From: an uncultured Candidatus Saccharibacteria bacterium
GTDB lineage: Bacteria; Patescibacteriota; Minisyncoccia; Phycocordibacterales; JAKAEA01
DNA: 64,000 bases
Direction: 5' to 3'
Assembly: GCA_964532205.1 (NCBI GenBank)
Contig: CAZHGQ010000004.1
Location: 3,118 to 67,117, forward strand
The notes beneath the pieces were generated by a model. It was not told the DNA's origin. It did no database searches and worked only from the letters and a program-made list of their open reading frames with translations. Positions 1-9,558 of this stretch are shown here, one piece after another. Made by a program: the position numbers and the translations under genes. Each line of letters starts with the position of its first letter. Positions within the stretch are counted from its first letter, which is position 1.

Positions 1-50
1 ACCAGATTCGGCTTATCAAACACTTTTTGTCCTTTTTCTAGTTTTATCAT
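1..50 (-). CDS. 5' end of the next gene of the tandem-paralog operon (runs off the window)
   Basis: ATG at 50-48, 1 nt after the stop of 52..2880; reads MIKLEKGQKVFDKPNL to the edge. Confidence 0.55.
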   Translation of the reverse strand, partial: MIKLEKGQKVFDKPNL

Positions 51-51
51 G

Positions 52-2880
52 TTATTGAGTGAGTACTGCTCGTACTTTTATATTATCACCTAACGTAGCA
101 GGTGTGTAGCGAATAAATGTTGTGTCATTGCCCTTATCGGTTGTATTGTAGCTCCCCCACGATGAGCCGTCGGTGGTTTTTTCCCAGGTACCGGTCGCCG
201 ATGTAGTGTAATCATTCACGAGCAAGTCACCAGTCACAGCGTTATACAACCTGACACGCAGTGTCGGCACAGTACCACCAAAAGCAGTGGCGAATCGCCA
301 CGCAAACCGCTTGTTTACAGCACTCGATTTAGCAACCGAAGGCTGATAATGCGAATCGGTGGCATTGGCAGTGTCATCATAAATCACTGTGACACTGAGA
401 ATTTGAGGGGGTATACAAAAAACACCAATCGTAGAGAATTCAAACATAAACTGGATGCGGCGCGAGCCAGATAGACTCGTTAAATCTCCATCTTTTTCTA
501 CCAAGGTCCATTCACCCGTATTATCATCAATACCTTTCAATCGATAGTAGAGTCGATATGGTTCAGGAGCAATACAAAAACCGTTTGGTCCCATTTGACA
601 ATTTCTATTTACAATTACTCGCTGAAACTTGGCACAGTCTGGAGTGTACATCGCCGGCGTAATCGCGCGTTGATTTGTAGCTGCAGCACGTGACCAATCT
701 GCTGACAATGGCAGAGCATACATTTGATGTAGTGCGGCAGTGGCACCATGCTTAACAATGTGCGCGACTCCATTTTCACTCCATACTGTCTGCATCTGTG
801 AGGCGGTATTGTAGTGTAGAACTGTTTGTGGATTAAGATCAATGACATAGTCAGAACCGGAGCCAATCGTTCCAGCTGACGTACTGAGTGTAATAGATGT
901 ACCAGAAGTATAGGCCGATATGGTATACCATGTTGAAATGAGCGTTGGATCAGTTGAACCAAAACCTATTCTAAAACCAATCATACCCGTTGTAAAAAAG
1001 GTATTCGTACCCGTTACCCCCGTACCAGACACTGCCACAGTACCAGAAGAAACGTATGCCTCACCATTCATTGAAACCTGATCCTGTTGTTTATCATCGA
1101 TACCAAAAATTTGATCAAATGGATTGCCGGCTTCCTGTGGGTAGCGCGTTACATAATTTCGATACGCGCTAGCTCCGGTCGACATCACAATAAGTCTGTC
1201 CATGGCGTCAGCAATTTCAACCTGGTTCAAGTTTGTTGTTGCAGGAAATGTACCTGTTCCACCTGGTGGGATTTCTGGACGATTATCAGATGTCCAGTGC
1301 AAACTTCCAAAAACAATTCTTGATAAAGCCGCTCGATATATACGTGTAGCAGTCACAAAATAAAGAGATTCCTCACCTGCCCCCGGACCATGATTCAAAG
1401 TACCGATTCGCCCATTGTTTACAGGTTGAATAGTACCAGTTAGAAGTTCGTTACCTGTTGCAATAACATCAGCTGAGTCAATAACAAAACTCGTACCAGC
1501 GTTAATCGTACCAGCTGATGAAGTTAAAGTGATAGACGTGGCTGAAGAGTATGACGCAATTGTGTACCAAGTAGCAATAGCCGCCGGACCGGTCGAACCG
1601 AAACCAATTTTCATACCTACCATACCCGCTGTAAATGTGGTGCCGGAGCCAGTGACTGCCGTACCAGAGACAGCAACTGTGCCGGTTGAATAGCTACTTA
1701 CCGAGATTGTCATTTTACCCGAAGCCACAGTACCCGTAGCACGCAAATTATAACGATATATTTTAGCGTAGGAAGATGTGTACCCATCGAGTACATAAGC
1801 ATAGTGAAGAGTCTTACTTACCTCTGATTGAACCGCCAAACCACACGCAGACACATTTGTTACTACGTTAGCAGTCGTTCCAGCATCCGACATCCAATAC
1901 ACAGCTTTGATGTTATCGGTATTTGTAGCCGCAGAAATAGTTGTGCCACCCACGACGAAATCAGAATAATTTACACCTTTAACAAGATATAATCCACCAT
2001 TTGTGGCTGTACCGTTTATTGTTGTTAAACCAAAACGTAGCTCTTCAATAACATATGTTGAGCCAGCAGCGATTGTACCGGCAGACGAGGCTAATGTAAT
2101 ACTTGTATTATTGGTAATCGCAGAAATCACATACCAGCTTGAAATCTGAGTTGGATCAGTTGAACCAAAACCAATACGAGCACCGACTGCCAAACGCTCG
2201 TCTTGCCACAATGTATTTGTCCCTGTTACAGCGGTTGTCGAAACCTCGACTGTGCCAGCAGTATGCAAATAACGGAACGCTCTAAATCCACGAATCGTGT
2301 GGGCTGTTGCAGTTGGTAATGTTGCAATAATAAAACCCTTCCAAGTATAAGCTGAGGTTGTTTTGTTAAATTCATAAAGCGTAATTTGTCGCGTAGCCAC
2401 AGCAGTTGCCAGGTTTTGCACCATAAACACCCAATCGACTGTCGAGCTGAATGTGATGGCGTGAGGAAACATGTACGGAATATTGGCCACAATGACAAAG
2501 GGACGACCCGAGTTCACCGTACCCGCTGATGAACCGAGAGTCAAAGATGTGCCCGATCCACGAGTTGAAATGTTGTACCACGTTGTAATTTGTGCTGGAT
2601 TGGTTGAACCAAAACCAATGGCCATACCACCAGCATTTGCAGGAAAATTCGTACTAGAACCTGTAACCGCTGTACCCGAGACCGCCACTGTTCCTGTTGT
2701 ATCTACCACCTCCTGCATCGGTCGGGCAATTCCAATTGGCAGTGGTCCAACAAATTTATCCGTCGCCGCTGAGCCAGTGTTTTGAATTATCAAAGATCCC
2801 AAACTGGTTTTATTTGGATCATAGGAAGTAATCGGTGTCGTTGTTCCAGTAAAAAGATGTTTTACAGCTCGTGATGACAT
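52..2880 (-). CDS. Large Thr/Ser/Gly-rich beta-rich protein, paralog 3 of 3, with 4 copies of the GTVAVSGTxVTG...IGFGST...WY...YVI module
   Basis: 942-aa ORF; alignable end to end with 2882..5335 and 5337..7976; no N-terminal signal peptide. Confidence 0.9.
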   Translation of the reverse strand: MSSRAVKHLFTGTTTPITSYDPNKTSLGSLIIQNTGSAATDKFVGPLPIGIARPMQEVVDTTGTVAVSGTAVTGSSTNFPANAGGMAIGFGSTNPAQITTWYNISTRGSGTSLTLGSSAGTVNSGRPFVIVANIPYMFPHAITFSSTVDWVFMVQNLATAVATRQITLYEFNKTTSAYTWKGFIIATLPTATAHTIRGFRAFRYLHTAGTVEVSTTAVTGTNTLWQDERLAVGARIGFGSTDPTQISSWYVISAITNNTSITLASSAGTIAAGSTYVIEELRFGLTTINGTATNGGLYLVKGVNYSDFVVGGTTISAATNTDNIKAVYWMSDAGTTANVVTNVSACGLAVQSEVSKTLHYAYVLDGYTSSYAKIYRYNLRATGTVASGKMTISVSSYSTGTVAVSGTAVTGSGTTFTAGMVGMKIGFGSTGPAAIATWYTIASYSSATSITLTSSAGTINAGTSFVIDSADVIATGNELLTGTIQPVNNGRIGTLNHGPGAGEESLYFVTATRIYRAALSRIVFGSLHWTSDNRPEIPPGGTGTFPATTNLNQVEIADAMDRLIVMSTGASAYRNYVTRYPQEAGNPFDQIFGIDDKQQDQVSMNGEAYVSSGTVAVSGTGVTGTNTFFTTGMIGFRIGFGSTDPTLISTWYTISAYTSGTSITLSTSAGTIGSGSDYVIDLNPQTVLHYNTASQMQTVWSENGVAHIVKHGATAALHQMYALPLSADWSRAAATNQRAITPAMYTPDCAKFQRVIVNRNCQMGPNGFCIAPEPYRLYYRLKGIDDNTGEWTLVEKDGDLTSLSGSRRIQFMFEFSTIGVFCIPPQILSVTVIYDDTANATDSHYQPSVAKSSAVNKRFAWRFATAFGGTVPTLRVRLYNAVTGDLLVNDYTTSATGTWEKTTDGSSWGSYNTTDKGNDTTFIRYTPATLGDNIKVRAVLTQ

Positions 2881-2881
2881 A

Positions 2882-5335
2882 TTAGTTTTGTGTTAACACT
2901 GCTCGAACATCGATACCGTCAGTGAGAGATGTTGGGGTATATCTGATATACGTAGTTTCATTCGTTTTATCGGTCGAGTTATAACTCCCCCAAGCTACCC
3001 CATCATTGGTGGATTTTTCCCACACACCGTTAGCAGCCGCCACAGTTGTATCCGTCAACAAAGAGGCTCCGGTCACGGCATTGAACAACTCAATCTTTAA
3101 GGTTGGAACTGTTTTACCAAACGAGCAACACATTCGCCAAGCAAATCGCTCATTAGTCACATCAGATTGTGTGGTAGAAATTTGAAAATGTGAATCAGTA
3201 TTACCATCCTCAAACAATACAGCCACGTCTAGCAACCGGCTCGGTATCATTAGTCCGCCCATAATACAAAATTCAAACATAAATTGGATGGCGTTGGCTG
3301 CTGTTACACCCGATAAATCACCATCATCAGTAAGCAATACCCACGAACTTGTGGCATCGGAAGAAATATCTGACGTTCGATAATATACTCGAAACGGATT
3401 TGGTGGCAATTGGAAATTGCCACTACCCAAATATTCATCACACAAAACTGTGACCCGATCAAACTTCACACAACCTGTTGTACTTAAAGATGGCGTAATG
3501 ATGCGCTGGTGATTGGCTGGACTTGTAGTATACGCAAAGTCCCAATGCGCACCGATCGGTAATACGTACATTTGGTTTAAGGTGGCGCCGGTACTTGAAC
3601 GAATAATGTGCAAAACACCGCCCGTACTTATATCACACGTCAAAAGTTGGTTGGCATGCTGAAAGTGTACCGGCGCCAACGAACTCAACGCAGATTGATC
3701 CTGTTGTTTGTCATCAACACCGAATGCATATTCAAATGGCATACCATCACTTTCAGGATATTTAGTCAGGTACTGTCGATACGCCGCGTTAGTAGCAAAT
3801 GCCGTCACCACAAAACGATCAATTGAATTGGAGTATTGTATATTGAGCATTAAACCGCTGGCTGGAATGTTTGCTATACCACCTGGCGGCACTTCCTGTC
3901 TGGCATTTGCTCCTGTTATATACGTAGTACTACCAGCGGTAATTCCTGTGAGGGCGGCACAATAAAGTCTCGTAGTCGTTACAAAATAAAGATACGCCGC
4001 ACCAGACCCCGGCCCATGCGCTGCAGTTGCAATCGTACCATTGTTACAAGCGGCGTTTGGAATTGTACCTGTCACAGAAAAGTTACCAGTAATAACAACG
4101 TTAGTACCAGATGACAACGTCATTTTTCCGGTTGCCACAGCATTGTTTGAGCGCAAATTATATTTAAACACCTTTGCCGTTGATGTGTTTGTGCCATCCA
4201 ACACATATGCCCAGTGTGTGGTTTTGTCTGTTTCGACATCAACAGCACAGCCGTTTGGTGCAGTGTTAGTCACTGTGGCTGCGTCTGCCAGCCAGTATAC
4301 CCCTCGTTGATTATCGACGTTTGTAGCTATAGCCGGAAACGTGTTGCCTGCGGTTGTAAAATCAAGATAACTAGCGCCTTTGAGTAAGAATAGACCACCG
4401 TTTGTTGGTGCGGTGGCTTGAGACACAGCTAAAGCGAATCGTAATTCCTCAATCACATACGATGTACCCGCTGCAATGACACCTGGCGACGTGGTGATGT
4501 TAAGTGATGTATTGCTAGCGATAGAGCCAATTTGATACCAATTTACAATCTGTGTCGGATCAGTTGAACCAAAACCAATGCGCGGACCCAGACCGCCGGC
4601 GACAGCTGTTGCACCGGTACCTGCAGCAATTAGTTCACTGGTAAACTGTGTACTTGAACCAGTTACCGTACACGAAGCAATGACGAATGTAGTACTTGCC
4701 GGGATCGCGCTTGAAGCACCTGAAACCGTGATCGAGGTCGTGTTAGTAAATGTAATGATTGGATACCAACAGTTAATTTGAGCAACGTTGGTGCTACCAA
4801 AACCAATCATCTTACCAACCATAGCTGAAGTGAATGTCGTACCAACACCAGTCACCACACCAGAGACGGCCATAGCCACAGTACCTGTAGCATAAACACT
4901 AGCTGGAGCCGCGACAGCTACCGTACCCGTTGTATGTAAATATCGCAACGCTCGAAAACCACGAGTGGTGTTGGCATTGGCAGCGCTTGGTAATGTGGCG
5001 GTAATAAAACCCTTCCAATTATACGTACTCGAAACTTTGTTATATTCGTACAAAAAGATACGACGGGCTGCGGTTGCCGACGCTAAGTTTTCAGTCAGAA
5101 ATACCCAATCAATCGTTGAACTGAACTGTATGATGTGTGGGTACATCATAGCCACAGCTGTTGACTCTTCTGCTGGTCGAGCCACTGTTACCGGCAAAGG
5201 ACCCGCATAATTATCCTCCGGGTTAATGCCGCTTTTTTGGATCATCAACGTACCTAGATTTGTCTTTGTCGAATCGTATGAACTTATGGGCGTTGTGGAT
5301 CCAGTAAACCGATGTTCTGTAGCGCGAAGTGCCAT
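2882..5335 (-). CDS. Large Thr/Ser/Gly-rich protein, paralog 2 of 3, with 2 nested module copies
   Basis: 817-aa ORF; shares N-terminal MALRAxEH and C-terminal IRYTPxxLxDxxxVRAxLTQ with its neighbours. Confidence 0.9.
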   Translation of the reverse strand: MALRATEHRFTGSTTPISSYDSTKTNLGTLMIQKSGINPEDNYAGPLPVTVARPAEESTAVAMMYPHIIQFSSTIDWVFLTENLASATAARRIFLYEYNKVSSTYNWKGFITATLPSAANANTTRGFRALRYLHTTGTVAVAAPASVYATGTVAMAVSGVVTGVGTTFTSAMVGKMIGFGSTNVAQINCWYPIITFTNTTSITVSGASSAIPASTTFVIASCTVTGSSTQFTSELIAAGTGATAVAGGLGPRIGFGSTDPTQIVNWYQIGSIASNTSLNITTSPGVIAAGTSYVIEELRFALAVSQATAPTNGGLFLLKGASYLDFTTAGNTFPAIATNVDNQRGVYWLADAATVTNTAPNGCAVDVETDKTTHWAYVLDGTNTSTAKVFKYNLRSNNAVATGKMTLSSGTNVVITGNFSVTGTIPNAACNNGTIATAAHGPGSGAAYLYFVTTTRLYCAALTGITAGSTTYITGANARQEVPPGGIANIPASGLMLNIQYSNSIDRFVVTAFATNAAYRQYLTKYPESDGMPFEYAFGVDDKQQDQSALSSLAPVHFQHANQLLTCDISTGGVLHIIRSSTGATLNQMYVLPIGAHWDFAYTTSPANHQRIITPSLSTTGCVKFDRVTVLCDEYLGSGNFQLPPNPFRVYYRTSDISSDATSSWVLLTDDGDLSGVTAANAIQFMFEFCIMGGLMIPSRLLDVAVLFEDGNTDSHFQISTTQSDVTNERFAWRMCCSFGKTVPTLKIELFNAVTGASLLTDTTVAAANGVWEKSTNDGVAWGSYNSTDKTNETTYIRYTPTSLTDGIDVRAVLTQN

Positions 5336-5336
5336 A

Positions 5337-7976
5337 TTAATATTGGGTCAGTAATGCCCGAACTTTCGTATTGTCTGGTAATGTTGCAGGTGTGTAACGA
5401 ATATATGTTGTTTCGTTAGCCTTATCAGTTGTGTTGTATGCTGTCCAATTACTACCGCCATCCGTTGTTTTTTCCCAGGTGCCAGCTGGTGTAGCACTGT
5501 TATCGTCGAGCAACAACCCGCCAGTCACAGCATCATAAATACGCACCCGGAGTGTTGGCACAGTTGTATTGAAAGCTGTAGCAAATCGCCAAGCAAATTG
5601 TTTGCTTGCCAAAACTGTTTTGCCTGTTGAGGGTTGATAGTGAACATCTGTTGAATAATCATCATAAAGCACTGCTAATGACATAATTCGTCCCGGCACA
5701 CACAAGAGACTTATAGTCACGAACTCAAACATAAACTGAATATTTTCTGCTGGGGCTAAACCAGTTAAATCACCGTCTTCAGGTAATGCAGTCCAGGCAC
5801 CGGAATTGTCAGTAATACCATTTGTTCGGTAGTACGAAAGAATTGATCCAGTTGGAATTCGAAACTCTTCACTACCCAGGTGATCGACAACAGATGTTAA
5901 CATTCGTCGAAAAGCCGAACAGTTAGGCGTAGAAATCGAAGGCGTAATTACCCGCTGATTTGTAGAAGATGCATAGTACCAATGCGCTGATAAAGGTAGT
6001 GCGTACATCTGACACAGCGCTGCCGTTGTGCCGTGTTTAATAATGTGTGCAATACCATTTTCACTCCACACCGATGTAACTTGCGATGCGGTATTGAAGT
6101 GAATTGGCGCGTTTGGATCGGCAGTTGATTGATCCTGCTGTTTATCATCAACACCAAAGAATCGATCAAATTGATCGCCGGCTACGGCCGGATAACGAGT
6201 AACATATTGTTTAAAAGCAGTGGCACCAGTGGTAAGCACAATCAGGCGATCAATAGCACTGGCAATCTCTACTGCGTTTAAAGCACCTGTGGCAGCAAAA
6301 GTGTTGATGCTACCGGGAGGGATTTCGGGTCGGTTATCAGAGATCCAACCAAGGTTACCAGCAAATATTTTTGAAACCGCTGCCCGATATATACGCGATG
6401 CTGTCACAAAATAGAGCGATTCCTCACCCGCTCCTGGACCATGGTTAAGTGTGCCAATACGACCATTATTCACCGCTACTACTGTACCAGTTACCAATTG
6501 ATTACCAGTACAAATCACATCGGCCGAATCAATAATATAGGCAGTACCACCACCAATCGTACCAGCAGACGAAGAAAGCGTGATTGAAGTACCCGAAGAA
6601 TATGCCGAAATTGTGTACCAAGTGGTAATGAGAGCTGGGCTCGTCGAACCAAAACCAATTTTCATGCCTACCATTGCGGCAGTAAATGATGTACCTGTTC
6701 CTGTTACTGCCGTACCTGAAACAGCCACACTACCGGCAGTTGTGTAAGCAATACTCATGAGCATTTTACCTGACGTAATAGTACCCGTGGCCCGTAAATT
6801 ATATCGATAGACCTTCATGTAGGTTGAGCCAACGCCGTCGAGTACATACGCATAATGCAAACCTTTATTAATTTCATCCTGAATCGCCAATCCGCAGGCG
6901 GCGGTGTTGGTAGATACGTTTGCTGTTGTGCCTGCATCACAAAGCCAGTACACACCACGTTGATTGTCGACACTACCAGAAATAGAGGGGAATGTGTTAC
7001 CGGCACTTGTGAAATCCAAATAGCCCACACCCTTACACAAATAGAGTCCGCCGTTTGTGGCCGTCGTGTTTGTCAACGCCATAGCAAAACGTAATTCCTC
7101 AATAACATATGCTGTACCGGCTGGAATCACACCCGGTGAAGTCACCAGGTTCAATGATGTTTCACTGGCAATTGCGCCAATTTGATACCACTGTGTAATT
7201 TGTGTTGGATCAGTTGAACCAAAGCCAATGCGCGGACCTAGACCGCCGGCGACAGCCGTGACTGTCGTACCGGCAGCAATATCTTCAGTCACAAATTTAG
7301 TATTAGTACCCGTTACCGTACAAGACGCAATGACATAGTTAGCTGAAGCCGCAATTGCACTTGAAGCGCCTGAAACTGTAATCGAGGTCGTGTTGGTAAA
7401 TGTAATGATTGGATACCAACAGTTAATTTGAGCAACGTTGGTGCTACCAAAACCAATCATCTTACCAACCATAGCTGAAGTGAATGTCGTACCAACACCA
7501 GTCACCACACCAGAGACGGCCAAAGCCACTGAAGTACCCGCCGAGTAGTAGCTCACAGGTGCAGCAACTTCAACCGTACCTGTAGTATGCAAATATCGTA
7601 AGGCTCGAAAGCCACGAGTTACGTTTGTGGCCGTCGGTGTTGTAGCAGTAATAAAACCTTTCCAGTTGTATGTGCCTAAGACTTTATTATATTCGTACAA
7701 AAAAATACGCTTAGCAGCAGCTGCGGCGTTTTCAATTAAAAATACCCAATCAATCGTTGAACTATAAGTAATAGCGTGCGGGTACATCATAGCCACGCTA
7801 GTTGATTCTTCTACTGGTCTGGCAACCGCCACAGGTAGAGGCCCAACAAAATTATCCTCTGGGTTGGTACCACTCTTTTGAATCATGAGTGTTCCCAGAT
7901 TTGTCTTGGTCGGATCATATGAGGCGATCGGCGTCGTAGCCCCATTAAAAATGTGTTCAACAGCTCGTAAAGCCAT
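5337..7976 (-). CDS. Large Thr/Ser/Gly-rich protein, paralog 1 of 3, with 3 module copies
   Basis: 879-aa ORF; 1-2 nt intergenic gaps indicate an operon. Confidence 0.9.
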   Translation of the reverse strand: MALRAVEHIFNGATTPIASYDPTKTNLGTLMIQKSGTNPEDNFVGPLPVAVARPVEESTSVAMMYPHAITYSSTIDWVFLIENAAAAAKRIFLYEYNKVLGTYNWKGFITATTPTATNVTRGFRALRYLHTTGTVEVAAPVSYYSAGTSVALAVSGVVTGVGTTFTSAMVGKMIGFGSTNVAQINCWYPIITFTNTTSITVSGASSAIAASANYVIASCTVTGTNTKFVTEDIAAGTTVTAVAGGLGPRIGFGSTDPTQITQWYQIGAIASETSLNLVTSPGVIPAGTAYVIEELRFAMALTNTTATNGGLYLCKGVGYLDFTSAGNTFPSISGSVDNQRGVYWLCDAGTTANVSTNTAACGLAIQDEINKGLHYAYVLDGVGSTYMKVYRYNLRATGTITSGKMLMSIAYTTAGSVAVSGTAVTGTGTSFTAAMVGMKIGFGSTSPALITTWYTISAYSSGTSITLSSSAGTIGGGTAYIIDSADVICTGNQLVTGTVVAVNNGRIGTLNHGPGAGEESLYFVTASRIYRAAVSKIFAGNLGWISDNRPEIPPGSINTFAATGALNAVEIASAIDRLIVLTTGATAFKQYVTRYPAVAGDQFDRFFGVDDKQQDQSTADPNAPIHFNTASQVTSVWSENGIAHIIKHGTTAALCQMYALPLSAHWYYASSTNQRVITPSISTPNCSAFRRMLTSVVDHLGSEEFRIPTGSILSYYRTNGITDNSGAWTALPEDGDLTGLAPAENIQFMFEFVTISLLCVPGRIMSLAVLYDDYSTDVHYQPSTGKTVLASKQFAWRFATAFNTTVPTLRVRIYDAVTGGLLLDDNSATPAGTWEKTTDGGSNWTAYNTTDKANETTYIRYTPATLPDNTKVRALLTQY

Positions 7977-7978
7977 AT

Positions 7979-8602
7979 TTATACTTCTTTGTAATCAATA
8001 TTAATTTGTACCGTGGTCGTACCTGAAATCACACAATACAAGGCTTCATCTACCCCACCCTCAATGTAGTTGGGGTGATTATTAGCACCATATAAACCCC
8101 CAGCTTTTGGTGAGACATATTTCTCATGATCCGTACCACCGGAGGTAAACCTAAATGAAACTGATGTCGCGTCAGCAGTCAGTGAAAAACGACTAGCGTA
8201 AACCCGAATTTTTTTTCCTGAACCAGGCACTCGCACATTACCCGACGAAGATAAACTTGTTGTAAGTTTAGTAACTCCCTGTCCAGAAATTAAAGAGCTG
8301 AGAGTGTCTTCAGTAGCTGGATTGATTCTGGTGTTGGTAGCATTTTTTAAACCAACCACGCTTGATGACGGTGTACTACCCATGACATAAGCCGAGGCTT
8401 TGCTGGGCATCATTTGCGAGACGGCAATACCCACTCCTGCTACACCGAGCGCTTTAAGAAAATGTCGTTTGCTATCATCACTTATTACTTCCCTGGTTTT
8501 TACGTCAGTCACCAAAACAGACGCTGGTGTTTCTACCTGCGTTTGCGGTTCGGTTATTTTTCTATTTCGTACAAAACGAAAAGAGTGTTTGTTACTGTAC
8601 AT
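7979..8602 (-). CDS. Putative Tat-exported protein (twin-arginine-like signal, KR variant)
   Basis: S-K-R-H-F-L-K motif, hydrophobic ALGVAGVGIAV region and ASA cleavage site; directly downstream of tatA. Confidence 0.75.
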   Translation of the reverse strand: MYSNKHSFRFVRNRKITEPQTQVETPASVLVTDVKTREVISDDSKRHFLKALGVAGVGIAVSQMMPSKASAYVMGSTPSSSVVGLKNATNTRINPATEDTLSSLISGQGVTKLTTSLSSSGNVRVPGSGKKIRVYASRFSLTADATSVSFRFTSGGTDHEKYVSPKAGGLYGANNHPNYIEGGVDEALYCVISGTTTVQINIDYKEV

Positions 8603-8645
8603 AAAAACTACAAACTCACAACATCATTACATGTTGCGTAAAGAA

Positions 8646-8819
8646 CTAGCGCTTTTTCTGCTCCGGTCCGGGTGTTTCTGACTCATCCTTGAAGCCCCCA
8701 CGGATATGTCGAATTGCTTCGCCAATGCCCTTAGCCAATTCTGGCACTTTCTTGGCACCAAACAACAAAACAATAACCGCTGCTACAATGATGATCTCTT
8801 TTGTTCCGAGTCCAAACAT
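8646..8819 (-). CDS. tatA: Twin-arginine translocase TatA/TatE subunit (57 aa, absent from the ORF track)
   Basis: Manual translation MFGLGTKEIIIVAAVIVLLFGAKKVPELAKGIGEAIRHIRGGFKDE...; TM helix followed by FG hinge and amphipathic helix. Confidence 0.93.
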   Translation of the reverse strand: MFGLGTKEIIIVAAVIVLLFGAKKVPELAKGIGEAIRHIRGGFKDESETPGPEQKKR

Positions 8820-8927
8820 GTATTTGTGCTTAATTTATAATCCCTCACAATGAAAAGTATATCATTGTGCTGCACTATTACATATCCACACTTGTTAATA
8901 TCTTTCGAAATTACTCAAATTCTACCC

Positions 8928-8957
8928 AACAAAAAAGCCCTTGCGGGCTTTTTTGTT
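8928..8957. terminator. Bidirectional intrinsic terminator
   Basis: aacaaaaaagccc-ttgc-gggcttttttgtt. Confidence 0.85.
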
Positions 8958-9519
8958 ATTTATAGATGAGTTGGAAACTAAACGTATCAATAGGCGGTTC
9001 ACCTGAGGCATTATCTTCTGTCAAAATAACTTTAATTGGTACTCCGGCTTCCAAACTTACACCTAATTTCTCAAAATTGAGAGTGGTTGTAAATGTTGTT
9101 GTTGGTGTCATCCAGTTTGCTACCTTAATAACTGCTGGTTCACCAAGTTTCTGCCAGCTATTTTTTGTGTAGTAGTACAACTGAGCCATACCTGCCTGCC
9201 CCTCAAACATTGTCCAGGCACAACCTAGTTTTGTGGCATTACTGTTATCAATTTTACCCGAGAGAGTTAGAGGAAAATCTACACGATCATTTGGTTTATG
9301 TGAGGTAATAGTCAGACCACAACTTGAATTTGTGGCCACCGGCTTTGGTGTTGGTGGTGTGGTTGTTGGCTTAGGAGTTTGTGTGGTTGAAGTTGAGGTT
9401 GTCGGAGTTGGTGTTGGTATTGGGGCTTCAACTGAACGACTCCAATAAAAGTACGCGAGTAACGCTACAAAAATTACTAATAAAATAATAAGGGTCGATG
9501 AACCTTTGTTATGCTTCAT
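8956..9519 (-). CDS. Membrane-anchored protein with Pro/Thr linker and Ig-like (Gmad2-like) domain
   Basis: N-terminal TM helix, PTPTP linker, W-x-x-FEGQAG motif. Confidence 0.7.
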   Translation of the reverse strand: MKHNKGSSTLIILLVIFVALLAYFYWSRSVEAPIPTPTPTTSTSTTQTPKPTTTPPTPKPVATNSSCGLTITSHKPNDRVDFPLTLSGKIDNSNATKLGCAWTMFEGQAGMAQLYYYTKNSWQKLGEPAVIKVANWMTPTTTFTTTLNFEKLGVSLEAGVPIKVILTEDNASGEPPIDTFSFQLIYK

Positions 9520-9558
9520 ATTATTAATTATACAAATATTTTTTTAATAACCAAGGAA

